Positions 19,518-31,749 of a stretch of DNA of 60,673 bases are shown one piece after another. Position 1 is the stretch's first letter; each line of letters begins with the position of its first letter. The position numbers were made by a program, and so were the translations under genes. The notes under the pieces were generated by a model. It was given only the letters and a program-made list of their open reading frames with translations, did not search any database and had not been told where the DNA came from. Source of the DNA: Patescibacteria group bacterium (GTDB taxonomy: Bacteria > Patescibacteriota > Minisyncoccia > Phycocordibacterales > Phycocordibacteraceae); assembly GCA_018826905.1 (NCBI GenBank), contig JAHJYC010000004.1, positions 1-60,673 on the forward strand, written 5' to 3'.

Positions 19518-19765
19518 CTACAGAAGGACTGTGGATTGTCCACTTGAGACCTCTGCAATTCCCCCTTCACTGATTGGGAGACTGAGTTCTGAGCCTGACG
19601 CGTCCTTAACGAGAGCAGTACCCTCCTTTAAGGGAGAGACAAATGCCTCGTGTCCTGCCATAACGGTAAACACGCCATCAGTTCCAGGAAGTGTCACAGA
19701 AATAGCCTCTCCTTCAAAGAGATTCTCTCCTACCTTCGCAATAGTTAGATGAAATGTTTTAGCCA

Positions 19766-19766
<1 letters not shown>
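19518..19766 (-). CDS. atpC: ATP synthase epsilon subunit (N-terminal beta domain only)
   Basis: VTLPGTDGVFTVMAGHEAFVSPL; 82 aa; operon position. Confidence 0.92.
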
Positions 19767-22091
<2,325 letters not shown>

Positions 22092-22101
22092 ACCCGGGTG
22101 T

Positions 22102-23649
22102 TTAGGAGCGTGCGGCAAACTTATCTAGAACTGCACGAAGATCTTTTTCAGTTCCCTCTCCAATCTCACGAGTGGTGCGAATAGCAGCAAGTACTCCAGT
22201 TGCCTCGCGGTTAAGGAAGTCCTGAAGGCGGTTCTCTGCTGCAGCAGTCTCCTCAGGAGCAAACAAGTCAAAGTACCCGTTTGTTGCTGCGAAAATAACC
22301 GCTGCCTCCATTTCAAAGGCAATAGGAGCTCCTTGTCCCTGCTTAAGCATTTCTGTCATGCGCTGTCCTGAATCAATGCGACGCTTTGTATCTGCGTCTA
22401 GGTCTGAAGAGAACTGCATGAATGCCTCAAGCTCACGGAACTGCGCGAGCTCCAGTTTAATCTTTCCAGACACTTTTTTCATGGCCTTTGTCTGCGCTGC
22501 TGATCCCACACGAGACACAGACACTCCAACGTTAATAGCTGGACGAAGTCCTTTGTTGAAGAGATCAGATTCCAGAAAGATCTGTCCGTCTGTAATAGAG
22601 ATGACGTTTGTTGGGATGTACGCTGAGATGTCATTCTCTTGAGTCTCAATAATAGGAAGCGCGGTAATGGATCCTCCTCCCTTCTCTTTTGAAAGCTTTG
22701 CAGCTCGCTCTAGAAGTCGTGAGTGGAGGTAGAACACGTCTCCAGGGTACGCTTCGCGTCCTGGGGGACGGCGAAGAAGAAGTGACATCTGGCGGTAGGC
22801 AACGGCCTGCTTTGAAAGGTCATCATACACGACAAGTGCGTCCTTACCCTGTTCCATAAAGTGTTCAGCAATAGCGGCTCCCGCAAATGGTGCAAGGAAC
22901 TGGAGAGCAGCTGGAGCTGAGGCTGGGGCCGTAACTACAATGGTGTAATCCATCGCTCCTGCCTCTGTGAGCTGTCCTACGATACGAGCGGTCTTAGACT
23001 CCTTTTGTCCAATAGCAACGTAAATACAAATAGGACGAGTCTCAGCACTCTCAGACTTCTGGTTAAGAATAGTATCAATTGCAATAGTCGTCTTTCCTGT
23101 TCCGCGGTCTCCAATGATGAGCTGTCGCTGTCCACGACCAATTGGAGTCATAGCATCAATAGCTTTGATACCGGTATGAAGTGGCTGATTCACCGGTGCG
23201 CGGTCAATAACGCCGTATGCTTCGCTCTCAATAGGACGAGACGTGGTCGCCTTTGTTGGACCCTTTCCATCTACAGGCTCACCAAGTGGGTTCACCACGC
23301 GCCCAACAAGACCATCTCCTACTGGGATAGAGAGGAGGTGTCCTAGGCGACGCACAAGCATTCCCTCGTAGACCTTTGAGGAATCTCCCAAGATAACGGC
23401 GCGGACACCGTCTTCTTCTAGGTTGAGCACAAGTCCGTACACCGGATCAGCATCCTTGAGCGCTTCTTCAAGCGTTCTATCAAACGTCGGGTCAAAGAGC
23501 ACCATCTCAGTCATGATGGCGTTCTCAAGGCCATCAATCTCTGCAATACCGTCTCCGGTAGCACGGACGATGCCTGTCTCCGTTGTTCCTGTCTTTGATT
23601 CAGGAAGTCCTGCGATCTCTTTCTCAATGCGCGTAATGATGCTCTCCAT
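22102..23649 (-). CDS. atpA: ATP synthase alpha subunit
   Basis: GDRGTGKT and [24 protein letters not shown] motifs. Confidence 0.99.
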   Translation of the reverse strand: MESIITRIEKEIAGLPESKTGTTETGIVRATGDGIAEIDGLENAIMTEMVLFDPTFDRTLEEALKDADPVYGLVLNLEEDGVRAVILGDSSKVYEGMLVRRLGHLLSIPVGDGLVGRVVNPLGEPVDGKGPTKATTSRPIESEAYGVIDRAPVNQPLHTGIKAIDAMTPIGRGQRQLIIGDRGTGKTTIAIDTILNQKSESAETRPICIYVAIGQKESKTARIVGQLTEAGAMDYTIVVTAPASAPAALQFLAPFAGAAIAEHFMEQGKDALVVYDDLSKQAVAYRQMSLLLRRPPGREAYPGDVFYLHSRLLERAAKLSKEKGGGSITALPIIETQENDISAYIPTNVISITDGQIFLESDLFNKGLRPAINVGVSVSRVGSAAQTKAMKKVSGKIKLELAQFRELEAFMQFSSDLDADTKRRIDSGQRMTEMLKQGQGAPIAFEMEAAVIFAATNGYFDLFAPEETAAAENRLQDFLNREATGVLAAIRTTREIGEGTEKDLRAVLDKFAARS

Positions 23650-23651
23650 AC

Positions 23652-24017
23652 CTAGTTTGTAATTTTCTGATAAAGGTCTACTAATGCTTGTTTTGCTGAA
23701 CGATCAACACTAATGCCTCCTGATCGTGCTCGCCATCCCCGAATGAGAGACTCGTTTATTGATACTGAGTCAGTCTCAATGCCTGCTTCCTTTGCCTCCT
23801 CTAGTGCCTGCTTCTTCTCAGATTCAGACGCTATTTCAATGTGAGGTGCGAGCTTCTGGCTACGTGCTTGGATACTTTTTAGTTCGCGCAGGATACCTGG
23901 AAGAAGTTTCATTCGGCCTTCTTCTTTTAGGTGTGTCACAAACCCACTTATGAGCTTCTCCTCATCGGTTCCGTTCTTAAGTGACTGTGCGAGTGCCTGT
24001 GCGTACTGTTTCTCCAT
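23652..24017 (-). CDS. atpH: ATP synthase delta subunit (short)
   Basis: YAQAL start, INESLIRG...VDRS; position between atpF and atpA. Confidence 0.8.
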   Translation of the reverse strand: MEKQYAQALAQSLKNGTDEEKLISGFVTHLKEEGRMKLLPGILRELKSIQARSQKLAPHIEIASESEKKQALEEAKEAGIETDSVSINESLIRGWRARSGGISVDRSAKQALVDLYQKITN

Positions 24018-24022
24018 AGTAA

Positions 24023-24466
24023 TTAGCTTTTGCGAAGCACTTTCTCTGCAGCAAGAATTGCAAGACGAGCTACTTCTTTTTCACTATCACGAAGTGCTTG
24101 AGCAGCTGTCTCCTCGGCTCTTGCTTCTGCGTCAGCGGCAACCTGCGCTGCTCTTGCTTCAGCTTCTTTCATGATGCGAGACTTTTCAGACCCCGCAAGC
24201 TCGCGAGCAGACGCGACAATGCCTTCTGCTTCAGTTTCAGCTCCCTGCACTACCTGTGCAGCATTCTCATCTGCAACAGCAAGCTTTTGAGAAGCTGCTT
24301 CAGCGTCCTCAACACCCTGAGCAATCTTTGCACGACGCTCATCAAGTGTTTTCATAACTGGCTTATACAAAAGCCACGTGAGCGCTACAAAGAGCACTCC
24401 AAAGTTAATGAGCTGCGCAAGAAGCAGCTTTCCATCTATGCCGAAGGCTTCGAAGAGTTGTTCCAT
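24023..24466 (-). CDS. atpF: ATP synthase b subunit
   Basis: AQLINFGVL...YKPVMKTLDERR followed by an Ala/Glu coiled coil. Confidence 0.95.
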   Translation of the reverse strand: MEQLFEAFGIDGKLLLAQLINFGVLFVALTWLLYKPVMKTLDERRAKIAQGVEDAEAASQKLAVADENAAQVVQGAETEAEGIVASARELAGSEKSRIMKEAEARAAQVAADAEARAEETAAQALRDSEKEVARLAILAAEKVLRKS

Positions 24467-24483
24467 AGCGCAGTACTAACCAA

Positions 24484-24726
<243 letters not shown>

Positions 24727-24777
24727 TTAAGATAAATAATGGCTCAACTGTACATCCCAGAGCCGCATGAAAGCCTA

Positions 24778-25629
24778 TTAATGGCTCTCGTGCGGATCCA
24801 TGATTGAAAGCTTGATAAAGAACAGGGTGAGCATAGCGAACACCACTGCCTGGATGAAGCCTACGAACACCTCAAATGCCATTAGCGGCACCGGAAGGAG
24901 ATAGGCAACAAAGAAAAGCGCTACAGCAATCATCACTTCGCCCGCGAACACGTTTCCGAACAGACGGAAGGAAAAAGAGATGAGGCGACCTACGTTTGAG
25001 AGCAATTCAATGATCCCCACCACGAAGTTAACCGGTGAACTAAAATTAACATATTTCCCAGCATACTTGAAAAAGCCGAGAACAATCACTCCAGTTATCT
25101 CAATAACAACGAACGAAATAATTGCGAGTGCAAGCGTCATATTCAAGTCAGCTGCGGGTGCCCTAAACAACGGAACGAGTGTTCCGTTGTGTTCAACAAG
25201 CAGTGAACCAATACCAGGAAGGAAGGCAAGCTCGTTTGCCAAGAAGACAAAGAGGAAGATGGTCATGATGAGCGGGAAGAACCGTCGTGCGAGTTTCTCG
25301 TCCTCAAGTGTTTCCGTCATGTAATTGAGCACTCCCTCAAAAAGCATTTCAACACCTGCCTGAAGCTTTCCAGGAATCATTGCGATCTTGCTTCTGAAAA
25401 ACAGTGCGAAACCAATGAGAAGCGCAATAGTAACCCACGTCATAAGGAGTGAGTTTGTGATTGGGAAGTCAAAGATACGAAAAACCTCCTCAGCTTTGAG
25501 TACTACGTGAATGCCGCTTGCGTGCTCAGCTCCTCCCTCAGCCTGAGGAGCTCCTTCAGCTGCATAGGCAACAGCGGTGCCGAACACCGCATGTAAAAAA
25601 GACCCCATCTGGGCCAGTACCCCTGTCAT
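24778..25629 (-). CDS. atpB: ATP synthase a subunit
   Basis: SFSFRLFGNVFAGE and IQAVVFAML motifs; start preceded by TGCTACACT. Confidence 0.97.
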   Translation of the reverse strand: MTGVLAQMGSFLHAVFGTAVAYAAEGAPQAEGGAEHASGIHVVLKAEEVFRIFDFPITNSLLMTWVTIALLIGFALFFRSKIAMIPGKLQAGVEMLFEGVLNYMTETLEDEKLARRFFPLIMTIFLFVFLANELAFLPGIGSLLVEHNGTLVPLFRAPAADLNMTLALAIISFVVIEITGVIVLGFFKYAGKYVNFSSPVNFVVGIIELLSNVGRLISFSFRLFGNVFAGEVMIAVALFFVAYLLPVPLMAFEVFVGFIQAVVFAMLTLFFIKLSIMDPHESH

Positions 25630-25724
25630 GAACTTAGTGTAGCAGGCCAAGTGCTGCTTCGCAAAACAGATACCATGTGGACTGTTGCGGTACGCTCTCG
25701 GCCACTTATACTGTGTATATTCCT

Positions 25725-26615
25725 ATGAAGGCTGCACCAAAACAGAAAAGGAGCGCAGCTTCCCTCCCGCTAAACAAAATTATTCTTGGAGACGCTCTCA
25801 AGGAGCTTCGCAAACTTCCAGATGCTAGCTGCGATGTCATTGTTGCAGATCCGCCCTATAACATTGGGAAAGACTTTGGAAACAACAAAGACAAAATGGA
25901 ACTTCAGGCGTACCTTGCCTGGTGCAAGGAGTGGATTGAGGAATGTACGCGGGTACTTAAGCCTTCTGGCACACTTTTCATATACGGTTTCAGCGAAATA
26001 CTTGCCCACATTTCAGTACAGACAGAACTCCCTAAGCGATGGCTAATATGGCACTACACAAATAAGAATGTTGCCTCTCTCAACTTTTGGCAGCGAAGTC
26101 ATGAGTCCATTCTGTGTCTTTGGAAAGAGAAACCTGTCTTTAACAGAGATGCAGTACGTGAACCTTACACTGAAGGCTTTCTAAAAGGAGCTGCAGGCAA
26201 AGTACGTAAAGGAACCGTAGGGAGATTTAGCAAGAACGGAAAGGAAACAGTGTATGCAGCGCATGAAGGAGGTGCTCTTCCAAGAGACGTACTGAAAATT
26301 CCTGCTCTTGCAGGTGGCGCCGGGATGGTTGAGCGATGGTTCTTATGCAAAACCTGCAAGAAGGTCTGTAAGCCGACCTCTCTAAAGGAACATGCTGGGC
26401 ACAATATCGTGAAGCATCCAACGCAAAAGCCTTTGGAGCTCTCACGGAAGCTTATTGGATCAGCAGCTCCCACAAAAGGAGGTGTAGTACTTGTTCCTTT
26501 TGTCGGAACAGGCTCTGAGTGCGCAGTCGCCAAAGAGCTTGGACTAAGCTACATCGGGTACGAAATTAACCCTGAGTACGTTCAAATCGCCAGAAAGTTT
26601 GTTGCCGCACACTAA
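25725..26615 (+). CDS. Beta-class amino (N6A/N4C) DNA methyltransferase
   Basis: DPPYN (motif IV) precedes HPTQKP and VPFVGTGS (motif I), then GYEIN. Confidence 0.93.
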   Translation: MKAAPKQKRSAASLPLNKIILGDALKELRKLPDASCDVIVADPPYNIGKDFGNNKDKMELQAYLAWCKEWIEECTRVLKPSGTLFIYGFSEILAHISVQTELPKRWLIWHYTNKNVASLNFWQRSHESILCLWKEKPVFNRDAVREPYTEGFLKGAAGKVRKGTVGRFSKNGKETVYAAHEGGALPRDVLKIPALAGGAGMVERWFLCKTCKKVCKPTSLKEHAGHNIVKHPTQKPLELSRKLIGSAAPTKGGVVLVPFVGTGSECAVAKELGLSYIGYEINPEYVQIARKFVAAH

Positions 26616-27301
26616 CTTTCTCTTTCTGCGTCTATCTTCCTTTTTTCAGGAAGGAATGTTTCTTCTGTAAAAATAACGAAACCATTTGAAAGATGGCGAG
26701 TGCGAGTGTCTTCCATAAAGCGAAGATATGGCTTCCTAAACTCTCCTTTCTTGGTCTTCGGGTTTGAGAGTATGCTCGGCACTTCATAGTTTATATCTAT
26801 AGACTCCCCTGAAAGCTTACTCTTTTGAGCCTGAGGCTTTCTGCCCACCACTCCAGCAAAAGAAGTCTTCTTAACTTGATAGTTAAGAAAGTGCTTTTTG
26901 TATTCAACACGAATATCTGCCCCCTGATGATCTAGTTCTGCTGACATGGAGACAGTACCAGGACCGAAAACTGTCTCAGCAACGTATCCTGCATGAATCT
27001 GCGTTATGAGTCCTGCCCATGTTCTGTATATACGGGCTTTGAGTCCTCTGTAAAAACAATCCTCACACATAGTTGATTTAGTACGGAACTCTTCAATCTC
27101 CGTACTCTTTTCAGAAAGATATCTCTCATAAAAATCATCAAATGAAAGAAACGTTCTTTCATCCCAGTACACCGTATACAAAAGCTGTACTGCCTGAATA
27201 TTCTTCGGCAGATCCATCTCCACTATCTTTATAGGACTATAAAGCCCTCTGTACGCCGCAAGATCTACAGTCTTTAGGAATTCTTCAAAAGCGTGGATCA
27301 T
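26612..27301 (-). CDS. TaqI-family type II restriction endonuclease
   Basis: Blocks FEEFL..VDL..Y, PIKIVEMDLP, GLKARIYRT, ELDHQGAD, QVKK and NGFVIF match my recollection of R.TaqI; convergent overlap with the MTase. Confidence 0.85.
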   Translation of the reverse strand: MIHAFEEFLKTVDLAAYRGLYSPIKIVEMDLPKNIQAVQLLYTVYWDERTFLSFDDFYERYLSEKSTEIEEFRTKSTMCEDCFYRGLKARIYRTWAGLITQIHAGYVAETVFGPGTVSMSAELDHQGADIRVEYKKHFLNYQVKKTSFAGVVGRKPQAQKSKLSGESIDINYEVPSILSNPKTKKGEFRKPYLRFMEDTRTRHLSNGFVIFTEETFLPEKRKIDAERES

Positions 27302-27304
27302 AGA

Positions 27305-27694
27305 CTATGAATTCTCTCCTCGCGATTCCCTCTTAATCTTCCAATACACATTTTCCGGATCTGTTTCGCGTGAATCTTCAGTACTATTGAAAAGTTCTGC
27401 TGGATACTTTTTCTTTGCCCTTTCAAGCTTTTCTAAGACAATCTCTCCTGTATCAAACCCAAGAAGCACGCTCATGTCCAAGCAATAGATAAAAACATCT
27501 GCGAGCTCCCCTTTGATAAGCTCCAGTTTTTTAGGATCATTGCGTACTTCTTCCAACGTTTGATTCGTCCACTGAAATAATTCAAGCAATTCAGCAGACT
27601 CAATAGATATTGATTTAGCTATATCTGCAGGCCTTAGTTGATCCCACTTGCGCTCTACTAAGTACTCTCTAATAGTATCTTCGTACTTCTTCAT
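27305..27694 (-). CDS. MazG-like nucleotide pyrophosphohydrolase
   Basis: SISIESAELLELFQW, GELADVFIY and KKYP motifs; ATG at 27694. Confidence 0.9.
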   Translation of the reverse strand: MKKYEDTIREYLVERKWDQLRPADIAKSISIESAELLELFQWTNQTLEEVRNDPKKLELIKGELADVFIYCLDMSVLLGFDTGEIVLEKLERAKKKYPAELFNSTEDSRETDPENVYWKIKRESRGENS

Positions 27695-27769
27695 GGTGGA
27701 CCCTACCGGACTTGAACCGGTCACCTCATCCATGCCATGGATGCGCTCTACCAGATGAGCTAAGGGCCC
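27694..27769 (-). tRNA. tRNA-Ala(GGC)
   Basis: GGGCCCT/AGGGTCC acceptor stem with G3:U70, anticodon loop ATGGCAT, encoded CCA, 76 nt. Confidence 0.95.
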
Positions 27770-27781
27770 TGCCTCACTACT

Positions 27782-28264
27782 CTACTTCCCTTGCTTCAGA
27801 GCTTCAAGGTCTGCAAGAACGCTCTCAACGTCTCGTCTCAAACGCTCAAGGGCCTTTGCCTGAGAGATTCGTTTCTGAGGCTTTCCATCATCCTCTTCCT
27901 CCTCCTCTTCATTCATCTCCTCAAAATCCTCTTGAATCTCTTCAATGTCTTCGGAGATCTCTTCAAGGTCCTCCTGAATATCATCCATGTCCTCAGTAAG
28001 CTCATCAATGTCTTCTTCCACTTCACGAAGACTTTGTGTGTGTCGGTTCACCGTTATCTGAATGAAAATGGCTAGATAGATTGCTTCAAGAGAGACAAGT
28101 GTTGTGAGGACAAGAAGCATCAACTCCCAAGAAATAATTCCAACTGTTGAAAGCACAAAAAAGCCTAAGAAAGCTATTGTGTGAACAATGAGAGAAGCTG
28201 TTGAACCAATAGAAGAGACTATTCGCTCAATAGGAGTAGGTGGAAGTGGAGTATTGTCACGCAT
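27782..28264 (-). CDS. Two-TM membrane protein (DUF1003-like) with an acidic coiled coil
   Basis: LTTLVSLEAIYLAIFIQ motif; heptad-like EEDIDEL/EDLEEISEDIEEIQED repeats. Confidence 0.75.
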   Translation of the reverse strand: MRDNTPLPPTPIERIVSSIGSTASLIVHTIAFLGFFVLSTVGIISWELMLLVLTTLVSLEAIYLAIFIQITVNRHTQSLREVEEDIDELTEDMDDIQEDLEEISEDIEEIQEDFEEMNEEEEEEDDGKPQKRISQAKALERLRRDVESVLADLEALKQGK

Positions 28265-28361
28265 CAATGAGACCGTACCACTGATTAGTGGCATATCCAA
28301 CCACACACTGTGCGCAACAGAGGGTTTCCTCAGAGGCATTTGCCCGCTACACTAACAAGTA

Positions 28362-29423
28362 ATGGGACAATCACCGCAGCGACAACTTATGCCGCATGCG
28401 TTTCCAGAGCGTAGGCAGCGCAAAAGAAACCGTCGTATACAACTGCACGCAGTAGTATCTTTTAGTATTGCACTCCTTGTTGGCATAGGTGCACTCCTTT
28501 CTCTTCCAACTGTTATTGCCGTGGACACGCGACTCGCACAAGCTGAGCCTGTGAAAGCTCCTTTCCCTGTGACGGTAGATCCTGTTAATGAGCTTATTGT
28601 AGAAGACCCTGAAGTAGAGGCACTTCTAGACAATACTCATGGCACTCTCGCTGCAGCGTCAGGCCTTGCAAGCTCTGCACTTGCTTGGCTGGCAAATCTT
28701 GTAGCGTCAGCTCCGCTCTACCAACAAGTTGCAGGAAGTGATCTCGCCTTCGTGGATATCAAGCCAGGATATAGAGAAGAGGAAGTTGCATATGCTTTTG
28801 GCAAACAACTTGGATGGAACGCAAAGGAACAAGCTGCGTTTCTAAGGCAAGTGAATGAAAACGCTCCTGTTATTGAAGAGGGACATTTTGTACCCGGCAC
28901 ATATGTTCTCAGTTCAGCAGCCAGCCCAACCTACGTTCAAGAACTCTTGAACGACCGCTTTGCTAAGGAGATCAAAGCACGTTACAGCGAGTCCAATCAT
29001 GAAGTACTTCCTATTGAGGATGTGCTTACCATAGCCTCCATGCTTGAACGAGAGACTCGTAACCCTGCTGAAATGCGCCTTATCTCTGGAATTATTTGGA
29101 ATCGTTTGTGGTCTGGAATGAATCTGCAAATAGACGCAACACTTCAGTATGCAAAAGCAACGAAAGCATCATCTGGATCGTGGTGGCCAAAGGTAGTGCC
29201 TGACGACAAGTACATTAAATCTTCTTACAACACATATAAGTACAAAGGACTTCCCCCAGGTCCTATCGCAAACCCATCAACTGCAGCCGTAGTAGCAGCT
29301 CTTAACCCAAAGAAGACTGACTGTATTTTTTACTTCCATGACCGAAAGGGAGAGATGCACTGCACACCCACCTACAAAGAGCATGTAGCCATGCTTAAGA
29401 AGTATTACGGAAGAGGAAAGTAA
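28362..29423 (+). CDS. mltG: Endolytic transglycosylase MltG
   Basis: ASMLERE, NRL...LQIDAT and YNTY..KGLPPGPIANP motifs. Confidence 0.92.
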   Translation: MGQSPQRQLMPHAFPERRQRKRNRRIQLHAVVSFSIALLVGIGALLSLPTVIAVDTRLAQAEPVKAPFPVTVDPVNELIVEDPEVEALLDNTHGTLAAASGLASSALAWLANLVASAPLYQQVAGSDLAFVDIKPGYREEEVAYAFGKQLGWNAKEQAAFLRQVNENAPVIEEGHFVPGTYVLSSAASPTYVQELLNDRFAKEIKARYSESNHEVLPIEDVLTIASMLERETRNPAEMRLISGIIWNRLWSGMNLQIDATLQYAKATKASSGSWWPKVVPDDKYIKSSYNTYKYKGLPPGPIANPSTAAVVAALNPKKTDCIFYFHDRKGEMHCTPTYKEHVAMLKKYYGRGK

Positions 29424-29424
29424 G

Positions 29425-29495
29425 TCGGGCTGCCGGGAATTGAACCCGGTCTACATCCACCCCATGGATGCGTACTACCGGTATACTACAGCCCG
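29425..29495 (-). tRNA. tRNA-Pro(GGG)
   Basis: CGGGCTG/CAGCCCG acceptor stem, A73, anticodon loop ATGGGGT, T-arm GGGTTCAATTCCC; CCA not encoded. Confidence 0.93.
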
Positions 29496-29521
29496 CTTGT
29501 CGCACGAGTGTACGACCTGAT

Positions 29522-29992
29522 TTAGTTAAGAACAAGAAGCCCAATTGAGAGCGATGTTGCGTACAGGCACCATGCTAAATACGGGAGAAGTAAGTATGCA
29601 GCTATGTGTGAATGCTTCCAGAATAGACGTATGAGAATAAGAATAAGTACATCAAGAAGAACTATCACAAGCACAGCGAGCAACAATTCGTGCAATCCGA
29701 AGAACACGATACTCCACAATGTATTAACAACGAGATGTGCCACGAAGAACCAAAGCGTAAATACTTTTCGTACTCCTTTAGATCTAGAGACAAGATAGGC
29801 CGCAGTGCCCATAAGTACATACAGCGTTGTCCACACAGGACCAAATATCCAGTTTGGTGGTGTCCAGGACGGCTGCGTAAGTGTTGTGTACCAGGTTTCT
29901 ATACTCCCAGCCGTTGCAAATGAACCTATGAAGCCTGCTGAAAGGGAGAGCGCAATAAAGAAAACGAGAGAAAGGATGTTCCCTATACGCAT
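29522..29992 (-). CDS. tspO: TspO/MBR family membrane protein
   Basis: WYTTLTQPSWTPPNWIFGPVWT and LPYLAW motifs. Confidence 0.92.
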   Translation of the reverse strand: MRIGNILSLVFFIALSLSAGFIGSFATAGSIETWYTTLTQPSWTPPNWIFGPVWTTLYVLMGTAAYLVSRSKGVRKVFTLWFFVAHLVVNTLWSIVFFGLHELLLAVLVIVLLDVLILILIRLFWKHSHIAAYLLLPYLAWCLYATSLSIGLLVLN

Positions 29993-29993
29993 A

Positions 29994-30398
29994 CTAATAG
30001 TTGAGGAATTTAACTGCAGTAAAGTATACAGCGAGTGAGGTTACTGTAGTGAAGACCATTCCCCAGATAAGGTCCACGATTGTTACTGTTATAGGCCACC
30101 CGGCGAGTGTTGCGAGGTTGCTAAGGTCATATGCGGCATATGCAGCAAGGCCAAGGAGTAGTGCGCTTATAACAAGCTTTGAAACTGAATGTGTTGCCAG
30201 TGCTGGAGAGATAACAAAATACGCAATAGCAACTGCGTAAATAACGTAGAACAAAAGAGCCGCTACCCAAAGGACGTCGGGACGCAACATACTGCCAAGT
30301 TGTGAGTTGTAGAATTTACTTGCCACTACACCAATCCACAGCAAGTCTATAACTAACATTACCGGGAAGGCGATGGCAGCGAGTATAAGTATTTGCAT
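29994..30398 (-). CDS. DUF2177-like membrane protein
   Basis: DLLWIG and YAAYDLSNLATLAGWP...VDLIWG motifs. Confidence 0.8.
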   Translation of the reverse strand: MQILILAAIAFPVMLVIDLLWIGVVASKFYNSQLGSMLRPDVLWVAALLFYVIYAVAIAYFVISPALATHSVSKLVISALLLGLAAYAAYDLSNLATLAGWPITVTIVDLIWGMVFTTVTSLAVYFTAVKFLNY

Positions 30399-30408
30399 AG
30401 TCTTTAGG

Positions 30409-30987
30409 TTACCCGAATAAGGTTTTCTCAAGCACTGCTCGTTCCTCTCTATCATACCTTGCCTTTACGAGGTCCAAAACAATCTCCTTGTTCTGGAATG
30501 CGGGGTCCTCAGCCAAGTCTATAAGTTCGTCTAGCGAAATTGGACGAAGAATAATGCGCTCCCCCGGATCAAGTTGCGGCTCTGTTACCTTTGTGCAGTT
30601 TCTCGCAATGTATATATAAATTGCCCAATCAATTTTTGAAGAAGGTTGGATGGCTCTCCAGAGTGCTAGTTCTCCTGCTGTGTATCCTGTTTCTTCAAGT
30701 AACTCTCTTCGCGCAAGCTCTTCAGGATGCTCCCCTTCCTCTCCTTGTCCTCCTGGGAAAGTGAGAACAGGGAGCCTGCCTGGCTGTTCGTCCTCAGCCA
30801 AAAGCAGCATGCCGTCTTCAAGAACGGGAATAACAACGGCTGAATCGTTGCGGTGTAGCTTCTCAAAAGTTGTCTTGGAGCCGTCATACAACTCCTGTTG
30901 CCACTGGTACACATCAAACAAAACACCGGAGAAGACGCGTTCAGCGTCTTTAGGTAGTGGCTGTCTGCTTGGTGGGCGCTCGTCCAT
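30409..30987 (-). CDS. NUDIX hydrolase (ADP-ribose pyrophosphatase-like)
   Basis: PGGQGEEGEHPEELARRELLEETG Nudix box. Confidence 0.9.
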   Translation of the reverse strand: MDERPPSRQPLPKDAERVFSGVLFDVYQWQQELYDGSKTTFEKLHRNDSAVVIPVLEDGMLLLAEDEQPGRLPVLTFPGGQGEEGEHPEELARRELLEETGYTAGELALWRAIQPSSKIDWAIYIYIARNCTKVTEPQLDPGERIILRPISLDELIDLAEDPAFQNKEIVLDLVKARYDREERAVLEKTLFG

Positions 30988-30989
30988 AT

Positions 30990-31604
30990 TTATAGTCCGT
31001 AGTTCTCTCTAAAAAAGTTAGGAGATGCTTCAGAGGCATTGAAAATACCGTTTGCTTCCTTATTCAGCTTTTGAATATACGCAAAGAAATCTTCCTTAGA
31101 GAAAACTGTTAGACCAAGCTCTTTGCACAATATATTCATCTCTTCTATAAGCTCATCTGCATCTTCTCCTTCATGAGCCATTTTCTCAGCTTCAAAATAG
31201 TAGCTGTGTCCAGGCACCTCCACTAACGCAAATTCTGTATCCTTATAGACATACACATGACTTTTGCGAATAGCTAATACTCCTTTCTCGTACCCTAATG
31301 CTGCAAAGATTTCAGTAAGTAAGTCAAAACTGCCGGGAGCTGTCTTCACAGATAACTCTTTGCGAGACTCTGATCCTCCCCACTCCCCAATCTTTACAAC
31401 TATTTCAGGTACTCCATTTGTGATCCTAAGGCGTATATCTTTTTTACGTTCCTCTATTCCTCCTGGAAGGAACGTTGAATAATCAATAAAAATCCTGTCC
31501 TTTTCTTCTGTTTTCTTTGCGTTCTCATCAAAGAAAGACTTGAGGTTTGTATATTCCTCAGTGGAAAGCAGTCCGCGAACTTCAACCTCTATATTTTTCT
31601 CCAT
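30990..31604 (-). CDS. CYTH (triphosphate tunnel) domain protein
   Basis: IEVEVR start, IRLR, RKEL and FEAE motifs. Confidence 0.8.
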   Translation of the reverse strand: MEKNIEVEVRGLLSTEEYTNLKSFFDENAKKTEEKDRIFIDYSTFLPGGIEERKKDIRLRITNGVPEIVVKIGEWGGSESRKELSVKTAPGSFDLLTEIFAALGYEKGVLAIRKSHVYVYKDTEFALVEVPGHSYYFEAEKMAHEGEDADELIEEMNILCKELGLTVFSKEDFFAYIQKLNKEANGIFNASEASPNFFRENYGL

Positions 31605-31628
31605 TGAGATAATTATAACTTAATACAG

Positions 31629-31655
31629 ACAAAAGACCCTTGTCGGGTCTTTTGT
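31629..31655. terminator. Intrinsic terminator after tRNA-Ala(TGC)
   Basis: ACAAAAGACCC/GGGTCTTTTGT inverted repeat. Confidence 0.75.
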
Positions 31656-31664
31656 GAATCTAAG

Positions 31665-31737
31665 TGGACCGTACAGGATTCGAACCTGCGACCCTCTCAT
31701 TGCAAATGAGATGCTCTACCAACTGAGCTAACGGCCC
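31665..31737 (-). tRNA. tRNA-Ala(TGC)
   Basis: GGGCCGT/ACGGTCC stem with G3:U70, anticodon loop TTTGCAA, GTTCGAATC T-arm. Confidence 0.95.
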
Positions 31738-31749
31738 ATCCAGGAAACT

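Noticed and set aside
25650-27769. R-M islet as an integrated mobile element with att sites
   Set aside because: No integrase and no convincing duplication of the tRNA 3' end near 25650-25720; the TCGA depletion suggests long residence.
27694-29495. Identical anticodon stems with A32-U38 in tRNA-Ala(GGC) and tRNA-Pro(GGG)
   Set aside because: A32-U38 is a known decoding-tuning feature of such GC-rich anticodon tRNAs, so it is not novel.
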